Source: a virus (lineage: Duplodnaviria; Caudoviricetes). From it: DNA of 49,567 bases. The stretch's first letter is position 1. Each line of letters opens with the position of its first letter. Position numbers and translations under genes: made by a program. The notes under the pieces are model-generated. The model made no database searches, was not told the DNA's origin, and saw nothing but the letters and a program-made list of their open reading frames with translations. This document shows positions 8,396 to 16,567 of this stretch, one piece after another. The stretch lies in the IMG/VR virus record IMGVR_UViG_3300044788_000046, positions 1-49,567 of that record. One strand, given 5' to 3'.

Positions 8396-9132
8396 CCGCG
8401 CACCCGGGAGACTTGCTGTTCGTCCTCGGTGATGTTCACGCCGGCGATGGTCCGCACACCGGCGGCGACCGCGGCGCGAATCTTCTTTTCGTCGACGCTC
8501 AGGTATTCGGCCGGGACGAGGTCGGCGCGCACGACCTCGAACAGCCACACCTTACGGACGCCCATGCTGCCGTAATCGCCCTTGAGGACCACTGCGGCGG
8601 GCGTGGGGGCCTCGGCGGCGGCGATCGCCTGGGCCTCGCTCGCGGCGGCGGCATCAACCAACGCCTTCGCGCGGCCCTTCGCCGTTTTCGCCTCTTCGGC
8701 CTTGCGAAGCGCCGAGGCCTCCGCTTCGGCCGCCTCCCGCTGGCGTCGCTGGAGTTCCTCGCGCTCGCGTTGCTCTCTGGCCCTCTCTTGCTCGTCCCAT
8801 GCCCGCTTGTGGCGCTTCACCACGTCGACCGCGGCCTCGGCCGGCTCAGAGACGGCCTTGAACATGGCGTTGATGTCGCGCACTTGGGAATTGAGCGGGC
8901 CCACGGCCTTTTGTCGGGTGTCTTCCAGGCCCCGGAGCGCGACGCCGAGTTTCGACGCGACCTCAACGCGCTCGTGCATGTCCTCGCGCGTCTTCACCGG
9001 CCCGAGGGCCGTCAGGCGGGCAAGGATGTTGCGGGCCGCGAGCGCGTCGGCCTCGTAGCTTTGGAAGTTGAGCGCATGGTGTTCGTCGAGGAGCATGAGC
9101 GCGCCTGCGGCGACGACCGGCGCCGCGCTCAC
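8392..9132 (-). CDS. coiled-coil protein with Gp157-like C-terminus
   Basis: Long E/R/A coil, then W.FEVV..DLVPAEYL.VDEKKIRAAV.AG...IAGV. Confidence 0.7.
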   Translation of the reverse strand: MSAAPVVAAGALMLLDEHHALNFQSYEADALAARNILARLTALGPVKTREDMHERVEVASKLGVALRGLEDTRQKAVGPLNSQVRDINAMFKAVSEPAEAAVDVVKRHKRAWDEQERAREQREREELQRRQREAAEAEASALRKAEEAKTAKGRAKALVDAAAASEAQAIAAAEAPTPAAVVLKGDYGSMGVRKVWLFEVVRADLVPAEYLSVDEKKIRAAVAAGVRTIAGVNITEDEQQVSRVRG

Positions 9133-10112
9133 TTCGAGGACCCGAACGTGGGATGTTTCGAGAGGCCGTCCCATGCCGCCCGGACCGCGTCTCCCTTCAT
9201 GCCACGGGCCGAGCGCACGCCGGCCACGGTGGCGAGGAGCGTGCCCGCGCCCTTTACGTTTCCGCCCACGAGCCGCAGACACTCCGCGCCGAGAGCCGCC
9301 GGGTCCTCAAGGGCCGGGGACCCTGGAGCGGGGACCCTTACGCGCGGAGGCTCGCCGGAGACTTCGGCATCGTCGCCGCCGGGTTCGCGTCCGACGACCT
9401 GGGCCTCGATAGGCGCCGGAACCGGCGTGGCCCGCTTGCCGTTGGTTTCCTCGTGCGCGCCCGCGATGTCCGCGATCTCTTCGGCCGGCGTCGGCCGGTA
9501 GCCAGCGAGGACCGCGACCCACGAGAGCACGTTTCGCATTGCCTTTGCGGCGGCGCGGGTCTGCGCCATGCTCGCGAGCTGGAACAGGGGGACCCGGTCG
9601 TCGCCCGTGCGGACCTTTTCCCGCTTCGGGAGTTTCTTCCCCTTCGCTTCGGAGAACTCCCAAATCAGCTCGTCTTTCCCTGGGTCCTCGACGCTGTGGC
9701 CGCCGCTCTTGCAGAGATAGGCCCATTCGTATTTGGGCCGCGAGCCCCACTTCTCCTCGTCGCTCAGGCAGTAGGCCGTGGCCCGCGTGATCTCGCGCCC
9801 GTCCTTGTCGAGCGCCACGGCCGACGCCTTGAACCCGCGCACCGTCGCGCCCGCGTCGTCGCTGAAGTAGACAAACTCGGGGTCCCCGTCCTCCTTCGCC
9901 GTGATGCCGTAGAAACGGCCGAGCGTTTGCCAGTCCTCGAATTCGAGGTATTGCTCGCCGTTCATCACGACCTTTTTGGCTTTCTGTGAGATGACGCCCT
10001 GGAGCGCGACCGCCGCGGTTCGGGCGTCGGCCAAGACATCGACCGGACGATGCTCCAACAGCGTCAAGGCTTGGGTTGTGGGTTCCTCTGTTACCGCCAC
10101 CGCAGTCGACAT
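9129..10112 (-). CDS. putative single-strand annealing recombinase (SSAP)
   Basis: YLEFEDWQTLG, SMAQTRAAAKAMRN.L.WV..LAGY.PTPAEE; GGAGG RBS; recombination-module position. Confidence 0.6.
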   Translation of the reverse strand: MSTAVAVTEEPTTQALTLLEHRPVDVLADARTAAVALQGVISQKAKKVVMNGEQYLEFEDWQTLGRFYGITAKEDGDPEFVYFSDDAGATVRGFKASAVALDKDGREITRATAYCLSDEEKWGSRPKYEWAYLCKSGGHSVEDPGKDELIWEFSEAKGKKLPKREKVRTGDDRVPLFQLASMAQTRAAAKAMRNVLSWVAVLAGYRPTPAEEIADIAGAHEETNGKRATPVPAPIEAQVVGREPGGDDAEVSGEPPRVRVPAPGSPALEDPAALGAECLRLVGGNVKGAGTLLATVAGVRSARGMKGDAVRAAWDGLSKHPTFGSSK

Positions 10113-10144
10113 CGCATGACCTCCGGGCCCGTGAAGGGGCCGCC

Positions 10145-10540
10145 TTAGACTTCCATCTCAGCACACCGTCCCGCGTGCCCCGCGACGCGAGCGCACCGAA
10201 CGACGCCGAACGACCCGCCCCGCGCCATGTGGTTAACGCACCGCGCGGGCTGTGGCTCTGCCGGCACGTGCTCCGCGACGTATGCCGCAAGCTCGGCGGC
10301 GCCCTTCTCCGACAGGTCGCCACGGAAGCGACGAATCATGTCGGACAACTCGGCCGACATCTCCTCAAGGTGCTCGCGCACCGCCTCGGGGAGAAAGCGA
10401 CGGGTTCCGAGTGCCGCGTTGACCATCTCTTCGGCCGCGACGGCGACCGGGGCGCGCTTTCGGTTGCGCTCCAAGGTCGCGGCGTCATCGGCGGCGACGC
10501 GTCGATAGTGGGATGTAGCTTCGGGGCCGTAGGCGCGCAT
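10145..10540 (-). CDS. hypothetical protein
   Basis: Start MRAYGP overlapping upstream stop; C-terminal C...C...GH.G.C. Confidence 0.55.
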   Translation of the reverse strand: MRAYGPEATSHYRRVAADDAATLERNRKRAPVAVAAEEMVNAALGTRRFLPEAVREHLEEMSAELSDMIRRFRGDLSEKGAAELAAYVAEHVPAEPQPARCVNHMARGGSFGVVRCARVAGHAGRCAEMEV

Positions 10541-10752
10541 CAGTGGAGCACCACGACGACGAAGCCTAACCGAACAAGGATGCCAGCCACCACGAACCCG
10601 AGCGCCGCCGCGGCCAAGCCACCAACGAAGAAGCCCACGCGCCACGCGGAGCCGTCGTCCTCGATGAAAACGGTACGCTCGCGGGGCGTGAAGGCGAGCA
10701 CATCGCCCTCGCGCCGGTTGCGCTCGCCGTAGAGCCGGACCGCGGCACTCAC
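10540..10752 (-). CDS. small membrane protein
   Basis: Long C-terminal hydrophobic helix. Confidence 0.6.
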   Translation of the reverse strand: MSAAVRLYGERNRREGDVLAFTPRERTVFIEDDGSAWRVGFFVGGLAAAALGFVVAGILVRLGFVVVVLH

Positions 10753-11021
10753 AGGTCAACCCATTCGTCAGAGACGAACCCGTCCGCGGCGATGGTCGAA
10801 AGGCACGCCGTCTGCGCGTTGGTGGTCCGGTTGTCCACGAAGCGCGGGAGCGAGCACGCCGCGCACACGCCGCGGACCCGGAGCGACGGGAGGTCCACGA
10901 CGTCGACCGCCGCGGAGCACTTCGGGCACCGGAGTGGAAGGGCGCGGGTTGTGGGGTCTACGGCGCCGCTACACTGCGGCTTGTGGCCCGTCGGATAACT
11001 CGAAGTTATGCACCCGGTCAC
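10749..11021 (-). CDS. zinc-ribbon hypothetical protein
   Basis: CPKC and CAAC; AGGAGG RBS. Confidence 0.6.
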   Translation of the reverse strand: MTGCITSSYPTGHKPQCSGAVDPTTRALPLRCPKCSAAVDVVDLPSLRVRGVCAACSLPRFVDNRTTNAQTACLSTIAADGFVSDEWVDL

Positions 11022-11033
11022 GTGATTAGCCTC

Positions 11034-11225
11034 CTATGCCGCGCGCTTGCGCGTCTTTCGAGCCTTGCGGGCGACGCCCAGGCGGCGGCGGCGCTTCATC
11101 TCGGCGGACCGCTCGGCCTCGGACATCTCAGCCCACTTCGAGCGACCGGCCGCGCTTTGGTGCGCCCGCGTCAACGTCTTCGCCCGGAGTTTCCCGAGGG
11201 CGACGGCGGCGGGATTGTTTGCCAT
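11034..11225 (-). CDS. small basic 'NPAAVALG' putative DNA-binding regulator, in a Cro-like position
   Basis: MANNPAAVALGKLRAK...MSEAERSAEMKRRRR; directly follows a sigma70-type promoter. Confidence 0.7.
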   Translation of the reverse strand: MANNPAAVALGKLRAKTLTRAHQSAAGRSKWAEMSEAERSAEMKRRRRLGVARKARKTRKRAA

Positions 11226-11232
11226 AGGCGCC

Positions 11233-11261
11233 ACCTTATCGAACCTCCGATGGCGTGTCAA
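11233..11261 (-). promoter_or_regulatory. sigma70-type promoter, likely leaderless
   Basis: TTGACA-17-TAAGGT, 7 nt before ATG 11225. Confidence 0.75.
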
Positions 11262-11553
11262 GCTCTGTTTTCGCGTGCGTTTCGGCGAACGCCTTGGCGG
11301 TCATCGCGGCCACCGGTTTGGGCCCTCCGTCGGGGAGAGTGGCGACGTCCGCCCGGCGGCCAGGAAGGCGGCCTCCGTCTCGGGCGAGTCGTCGACCTTG
11401 AGGGCCGAACCCGATCACGCCGGACGGGGACTCGGGCTCGCGCCGGTAGAGCGTCACGAGGTAACGCCCGCAGAACGGCCTGGCCCGCGCGTGCGAATAG
11501 CGCGGGTCGGCGAGGGCGTCGGCGAGCGTCAAGCGGGGGCGAGCGTCGATCAT
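11236..11553 (-). CDS. hypothetical protein
   Basis: 105 aa; its stop TAA is part of the downstream -10 box. Confidence 0.55.
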   Translation of the reverse strand: MIDARPRLTLADALADPRYSHARARPFCGRYLVTLYRREPESPSGVIGFGPQGRRLARDGGRLPGRRADVATLPDGGPKPVAAMTAKAFAETHAKTELDTPSEVR

Positions 11554-11566
11554 GGCGGACTTCCCT

Positions 11567-11896
11567 TCAATCCCAATACGGGGCGCCGAGGACTTCCGGC
11601 TTCTGGCCGCGGGCCCGGGCGATGTATTCGCGCCGGTAGTCGTGGCTCGCGGGGATGCTCACGCCTTGCTGATGGATCTTTTCGAGGCCGAGGGCGAGCC
11701 CGAGCAAGGACAGGTCCGCGGGGTTCGTGGTGTAGCCGTCCTTGCGCGCCGGCGGCGCGTCGATCGTGATCCAACCCCACGCCGTGCCGCGGCCACCCTT
11801 GACGCTCCAGGCCCGGCCGGTGCGCTCGCGGAGGGCGGCGCGGATGATGCGAATGGCTTCGTCCCGGACCGTTTCGTTCGTGGCTTCGTTTTCCAT
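11567..11896 (-). CDS. phage hypothetical protein
   Basis: IRAALRERTGRAWSVKGGRGTAWGWI.I; directly follows a promoter. Confidence 0.75.
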   Translation of the reverse strand: MENEATNETVRDEAIRIIRAALRERTGRAWSVKGGRGTAWGWITIDAPPARKDGYTTNPADLSLLGLALGLEKIHQQGVSIPASHDYRREYIARARGQKPEVLGAPYWD

Positions 11897-11902
11897 GGGC
11901 CT

Positions 11903-11932
11903 AGAGTCTCACGCCTCCGCTGGCTTGTCAAG
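11903..11932 (-). promoter_or_regulatory. leftward promoter / left arm of 26-bp inverted repeat
   Basis: TTGACA-17(TGn)-GACTCT, 6 nt before ATG 11896; 11907-11932 is the exact reverse complement of 13027-13052. Confidence 0.75.
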
Positions 11933-12926
11933 CACTTTCTTTCGCCTTTTTTGGGCCCCCGAAAAGGCGCCCTTGGCGCGGCCGAATTGAGTCCGCCGCC
12001 TCGTCGGCCGCCTGGGGGTCGGACCTGTGGAGATGGGTATAGGCCCGCGTCGTGGCCGGGTCGGAGTGGCCCGCCTGCTCTTGGATCAACGCCGGGTCCT
12101 GGCCGAGCACCGCGCGAAACGAGATCCACGAATGCCGCAGGCCGTGAGGCGTGAGCTTGGGCAAGCCCGCCGTCGCGAGTGCGCGCGCGAGGGCCTTGCG
12201 AAGCCGCTTTCGTCCAGCGGCGTTGTGCTCGGGCACGATGCCGAGAACCCACGGGGACCCGTCGCGACGCCCCGCCCGTAGGCCAGCCTCAAACTGGCGC
12301 GCTCGCTCATGCCGCAACACCTCGACGAGCACCGCGGGGAGGTCGATGAGACGCTCACCGCTCGCGGACTTCGGCTCGCCTATCCGTCCCTTCGGCGACA
12401 CTTGCCGTCGTATCACGGCCCGGTGCCCGTCGAGGTCCACGTCGTCCCACCGAAGCCCGGTCGCCTCGCCGATGCGGAGCCCCGTGTATGCGATGAGCGC
12501 GAGGCCCGCCCATTCTGGCCCGCCCTCGGCCCGCTCTAGAAATGCGCGGGCGGCGTCGGTGCTCTCGAACCATCGGACGACGTGCGGGGGCCTCGGGAGA
12601 CGAAGCGACGAGACGAGCCGGTCCGCCGGGTTCGCGTCGAGGAGGCCCTCGCCCATCGCGTCGCGCAAGCACACCTTGACCACCGCGACCCGGAGGACCA
12701 GAGACTTCCGCGAGGCCCCAACGGCGATCATCGCATTCGCCCAGGCGAGGAGCGCCGGCCGGCGTAGCTCGTTGAGTCGCACGTCGGCCACGGCCCCGAG
12801 GTGGAGCCGGACGACCCGCTCATATGCGAGCCGCGTCTGCTCGCGCAGCACGCCCCGCGCTTCGAGCGCCTTGATTCGTTCAAGCCACGTCCGCCCCCAC
12901 GCGGCGAGCGTTGGGCAATCCGGCAT
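11928..12926 (-). CDS. int: tyrosine recombinase/integrase
   Basis: YTGLRIGE (R), PKS (K), HGLRHS (HxxR), GHSD..TT..Y (H,Y). Confidence 0.95.
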   Translation of the reverse strand: MPDCPTLAAWGRTWLERIKALEARGVLREQTRLAYERVVRLHLGAVADVRLNELRRPALLAWANAMIAVGASRKSLVLRVAVVKVCLRDAMGEGLLDANPADRLVSSLRLPRPPHVVRWFESTDAARAFLERAEGGPEWAGLALIAYTGLRIGEATGLRWDDVDLDGHRAVIRRQVSPKGRIGEPKSASGERLIDLPAVLVEVLRHERARQFEAGLRAGRRDGSPWVLGIVPEHNAAGRKRLRKALARALATAGLPKLTPHGLRHSWISFRAVLGQDPALIQEQAGHSDPATTRAYTHLHRSDPQAADEAADSIRPRQGRLFGGPKKAKESA

Positions 12927-13026
12927 TTGGGACCCCCCGGGAGGGTTAGACGTGGAGTATAGACCCGCTGGTCAAGACGGCCGACTTTCGGCCACGGAAG
13001 ATTTCTCGGGGTGTGTCGCTAATTCT

Positions 13027-13056
13027 CTTGACAAGCCAGCGGAGGCGTGAGAGTAT
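13027..13056 (+). promoter_or_regulatory. rightward promoter / right arm of 26-bp inverted repeat
   Basis: TTGACA-17(TGn)-GAGTAT, 6 nt before ATG 13063. Confidence 0.75.
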
Positions 13057-13062
13057 ACGCGC

Positions 13063-13416
13063 ATGGACAACGCGAACGGCAATCCGGCCGACGCAAACAA
13101 GGGAGGCCACATGGCCACGTCTTCCGACCTTTCCCGCGTCCGCACTCTCTCCTCGGTCGTCTTCGGCGAGTGCTCGCGCTTCCGTCTCGACGAGTTCCGC
13201 ACGCGCTTCGGGACAACGGAGTGGTTCGTGATGGACGCGGAGCGCCCCGACACGATGGGCTTCCCGTCCGTCATCCGTCAGGCCGCGACGCGGGCTGAGG
13301 CCCTGGCCGGCCTCGCGCCCGAAGGGCGTATCTGCGGGCATGCGGCCCACGTCATCCGTTGTGACGGTTGCCGCGACTTCCATAACCGAACGGTCGGCTC
13401 GCGGTCGGTCCGATGA
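13063..13416 (+). CDS. hypothetical protein
   Basis: First gene of rightward operon; alternative start at 13111 with GGAGG. Confidence 0.7.
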   Translation: MDNANGNPADANKGGHMATSSDLSRVRTLSSVVFGECSRFRLDEFRTRFGTTEWFVMDAERPDTMGFPSVIRQAATRAEALAGLAPEGRICGHAAHVIRCDGCRDFHNRTVGSRSVR

Positions 13417-13988
13417 GCGCGAAGAGGACGTGCGGGGCGTGTGGGGGTCGTGGGTCGGTGCTGACGGCGCAGGTCGTCCCGGGCCAGCGCTACGAGGCTC
13501 CCTGCCCCGTCTACACAGGCTCCGGGCAAGTAGACGCCAAGGACGCCCCGGCGGAGCCTGACACCACGCCGCGAATCGGACGCATCGACCTCGACGGGGA
13601 CTCGGTCCGCCGATGGGCCTTCCAGGCTCGGGGCCTTTTGGGGCGTCCCCATTCGCGTATTCGAGCGCACCCTGTCCGCCGGCGGCGTGAGCACGTCGGT
13701 TTGGGTTGCCATCGTATGGCCGAAGGGCTCGAAGGGGTCGGCGCGATGAATGCCCGGTTCCGCGTGTTCGGGTCTTTCGACCGCCCCACAAGCCAGCAAG
13801 CGACCGTGACCGTAGACCGCGCCGCTGGCCTTTTCTCTGTGCGGCCCTACCGGTCCCGGCGGGCCTATACGGTGCCGCTCGCGGCCGTGGCGGCGGTCGT
13901 GGTGGCGCGGCTACTCAAGGCCGAGGCGAACGAAAGGGCGCGGGCCCGGCACGAACGGCAGGCCGCGAAACGAAAGGGGCGGGCATGA
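13413..13988 (+). CDS. hypothetical protein with DnaJ-like CxxCxGxG N-terminus (may be two fused units)
   Basis: CGACGGRG; ATGA-coupled at both ends. Confidence 0.6.
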   Translation: MSAKRTCGACGGRGSVLTAQVVPGQRYEAPCPVYTGSGQVDAKDAPAEPDTTPRIGRIDLDGDSVRRWAFQARGLLGRPHSRIRAHPVRRRREHVGLGCHRMAEGLEGVGAMNARFRVFGSFDRPTSQQATVTVDRAAGLFSVRPYRSRRAYTVPLAAVAAVVVARLLKAEANERARARHERQAAKRKGRA

Positions 13989-14554
13989 AGATTCGGAACA
14001 AGACAGACTATCCGACCCGAGCCATCCGGCGCGTGTTGTGCGAGGTCTACCGGCGCACGTCGAAGACGGAGGGCGCCCTCCCGCAATGGGCCAGAGTCCG
14101 CTTCGTCGTGGTCTACTCATGCCAGGGCGGCGAAAGCGGCTACGCCTACCGGCGCGGGACCTTGTCGCGGCTCCGCATTGGACGCGGCGGCATCGACCCG
14201 GCCCGGCTCGCCCGGCTCGCGGATCACGAGCTTTTGCACCTCTACGGACACCGCCACGCCGGGATGCCGTGCGCCCTCGGGGAGATGTACTGGACGCGCG
14301 AGTATCTCGACCGCTTCGCCTGGGCCAGCGACCTCGTGGGCGAGATGATGCTCGAGGCCGCGGCCCCCGAGCGGCCCGGCCTCGACGAGCGACGGGCCCG
14401 GCGCATGGAACAGACCGCGGCGGCGATCGCTCGATGGGAGCCCAAGCTGAAGCGCGCCGAAAACGCCCTCCGGAAACTCCGCGCCCGAGCACGCCGTCTC
14501 GTGGCCGTGGCGCCGGGGCTCGCGGTCGCGGCGTCGCCCAGCGGTCGCCGATGA
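13985..14554 (+). CDS. HExxH metallopeptidase-like protein with C-terminal coiled coil
   Basis: LADHELLHLYGHRH motif; ATG 13985 overlaps upstream stop. Confidence 0.65.
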   Translation: MKIRNKTDYPTRAIRRVLCEVYRRTSKTEGALPQWARVRFVVVYSCQGGESGYAYRRGTLSRLRIGRGGIDPARLARLADHELLHLYGHRHAGMPCALGEMYWTREYLDRFAWASDLVGEMMLEAAAPERPGLDERRARRMEQTAAAIARWEPKLKRAENALRKLRARARRLVAVAPGLAVAASPSGRR

Positions 14555-14649
14555 CGCGGCCCGGGCGTATCATCGGGCCCATGGGGGGCCTTCAGTTTTA
14601 CTCATGTTGCGGAGAAGATGCGCCGGGCCCACATGCGACAAGGCCCTAG

Positions 14650-14920
14650 ACGGCCCCGCCCTCGTGGCACGGCTCGCTGTGGTGAGCGTGCGCCATACCG
14701 TCCGTCGCTCGGCAGAACAAGCAGGGCCAGGGGCGGCAGATTGCCCCTGGCCCGCCCTCGTGGCCGAGGCGGCGCGGTCGTGACTCTTGCCCTGCTCGCC
14801 TCCGTGCGTCGCGCCACCGTGGCTAGCAAGGCCCGTATATGCGCCTCGTGGCGCGGGCCGTTGACCACGAACACGCCCCGTGGCGCCTCCTGTTTTTCTT
14901 CCAGAAAGGACGTGACGGAA
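14650..14920. other. structured non-coding region with five CGCC(N1-2)CGTGGC repeats (attP, regulatory region or ncRNA candidate)
   Basis: cgtggc at 14663, 14759, 14818, 14847, 14879, each preceded by cgcc; 11-bp hairpin 14724-14753. Confidence 0.5.
14830..14851 (+). promoter_or_regulatory. motif copy 2; left arm of 22-bp inverted repeat
   Basis: ggcccgtatatgcgcctcgtgg, 21/22 identical to the reverse complement of 21155-21176. Confidence 0.6.
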
Positions 14921-15364
14921 ATGAGGACGCTACTCGTCGCTTTGGTCGCCCTGGTCGCCTTGCGCGCGGAGGCCGCCCCCGTGGGTCCCTTGTCCGTGTA
15001 CCTACTCGATGCCCCTTGCAGGTTGCTCGACACCAGGGGAACGAACCGCATCCAGGCCGCCGGCTTCCTGCTCTTCAGGGTGCAAGGTCATTGCGGCGTC
15101 CCGGAGGGCGCGGAGGGCGCCATTCTCAATGTGACGGTGGCCGGGCCTGATGCTGAGGGATTCCTGACCGTGTTTGCGGCGGCCTTGCTGGACATACCCA
15201 TGACGTCCAGTGTGAACTATGCGGCAGGCCAGACGACCGCGAACGCTGTCACCGTCCGGCTCGCGTCACGACCGTACACGAGGACTACGCCGAGCCCAGA
15301 CGCAATCCTGTACTCGCTCGCCGGCACCGACGTGGTAGTCGACGTAGTCGGCTATCTACGCTGA
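14921..15364 (+). CDS. secreted surface-protein-like domain (moron)
   Basis: Signal peptide MRTLLVALVALVALRAEA; PCRLLDTR..CGVP..A..LNVTV..GFLTVF..SSVNY..GQT.AN...VVVDVVGY; AAGGA RBS. Confidence 0.8.
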   Translation: MRTLLVALVALVALRAEAAPVGPLSVYLLDAPCRLLDTRGTNRIQAAGFLLFRVQGHCGVPEGAEGAILNVTVAGPDAEGFLTVFAAALLDIPMTSSVNYAAGQTTANAVTVRLASRPYTRTTPSPDAILYSLAGTDVVVDVVGYLR

Positions 15365-15709
15365 CGGTTCCGGCTCTGCGTTCTCCAAGAGCGCCACGAC
15401 GCGCTGCTGCTTGGCGAGAGCGAAGGTTGGCCAGTCTGGCGCCTGCACTGCCTCAACGAGCAGGTCGCGCTCACGGACTTCAAGCGTGACCGTGCAGCCC
15501 TTCCCGTTCAGCGTGAGTAGCTCAAGGTCGGGATTGCCTGTCTGCTCTGCCGGCTTCGGCGTCCCGACGCGCGCGAGTTTCTCCAGCGTGGAAGCCGCAA
15601 CGGTCCGCCGCTCTTTGCCGCCCCGGAAAACGGCCAGCGATTCGTAAGCCAGCTCGTAAAGCCGCGCCCCGTCCGGTCCGTCGAATCTCACGATACGGTT
15701 GACCACCAC
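15356..15709 (-). CDS. putative tail fibre assembly chaperone
   Basis: Follows fibre gene; AGGAGG RBS; helical. Confidence 0.55.
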   Translation of the reverse strand: MVVNRIVRFDGPDGARLYELAYESLAVFRGGKERRTVAASTLEKLARVGTPKPAEQTGNPDLELLTLNGKGCTVTLEVRERDLLVEAVQAPDWPTFALAKQQRVVALLENAEPEPSA

Positions 15710-15715
15710 ATCCTC

Positions 15716-16564
15716 CTATTTCCAGACCGGAACCCAGAACGCGGTGCCAGTGACATCTTTGAACTTAATCCAGGTATTCTGAGCGGCCGTGGCCGGGCCG
15801 CCGCCGCCGATCGTCCCCAGCGTCGGGGCCGCACCGCCGCCCAACGCAATCAGCGAAAGCCCGAAGCGAACGTTGGCGCCGTTGATGTACGCGTCGCCGT
15901 CTGACATGACAGTTAGCAGGTTCGTAGTCCTGCTGTAGGTCACCCCCGCAGAACCCCCGCTATTTAGTATCAGTTGGGCGACGATGCCGCCGGAGATTCC
16001 GAGCGTTAGATTGGCGTCTCCCACCGACAAGAAGCCAGATGCCGGCGCACCGGTATAGCCCACCGAGAGCCCACCGGCAACGTTGAGCCCAAGGCCATAC
16101 CAGCCCCCGAGCGTGGTCGTGTCGTTGTTGAACCGAATGACCTCTTCGGTCGATCCGAAAACCTGGGTCGCCGCGCCGTTCTTCTTCGAGCCACCGAGCT
16201 GGAGCCCTGGCGCCGTGGGCGTCGCGCTCCCGTTGATGCCCCACACCGTATTGCCAATGGTGTCCGTGTCGGAGAGCCCGAACATGTACGCGCCGCCCGC
16301 GGTGCTGCTCCTCTGCCCGATTCCAAGCCACGTGTTCGTGTCGACAAAGGACGCGACGCCTACCGCGGTCGTAATCCCGTGCGCCACGTCGGTGTCCTTG
16401 AACAGCAGGAACCGACCCGACGAGAAAACGGAATTGTTCCCGAGGTCCTGCGCGCCGAGCAGATAGTCTCGGACGGCGTTCTCGTTGTCGCGAATATGCG
16501 TGTTGAAGAGAGACGCGGTCACCAGCTCGGCCGCAACCCATGTTCGCGGAGTCGTCCAAGCCAT
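15716..16564 (-). CDS. tail fibre / receptor-binding protein
   Basis: MAWTTPRTWVA.ELVTA..FN.HIRDN anchor; G/T-rich body; C-terminal WIK...G..FWVP.W. Confidence 0.8.
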   Translation of the reverse strand: MAWTTPRTWVAAELVTASLFNTHIRDNENAVRDYLLGAQDLGNNSVFSSGRFLLFKDTDVAHGITTAVGVASFVDTNTWLGIGQRSSTAGGAYMFGLSDTDTIGNTVWGINGSATPTAPGLQLGGSKKNGAATQVFGSTEEVIRFNNDTTTLGGWYGLGLNVAGGLSVGYTGAPASGFLSVGDANLTLGISGGIVAQLILNSGGSAGVTYSRTTNLLTVMSDGDAYINGANVRFGLSLIALGGGAAPTLGTIGGGGPATAAQNTWIKFKDVTGTAFWVPVWK

Positions 16565-16567
16565 GAC

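Noticed and set aside
12957-12975. TTGACC...TATACT upstream of the integrase as a canonical promoter
   Set aside because: The two boxes are only about 8 bp apart; the -10 may work alone or with an activator, but this is unsupported
14650-14890. Repeats as a mini-CRISPR array
   Set aside because: Repeats are only 11-14 bp, degenerate and irregularly spaced (96, 59, 29, 32 bp); no cas genes
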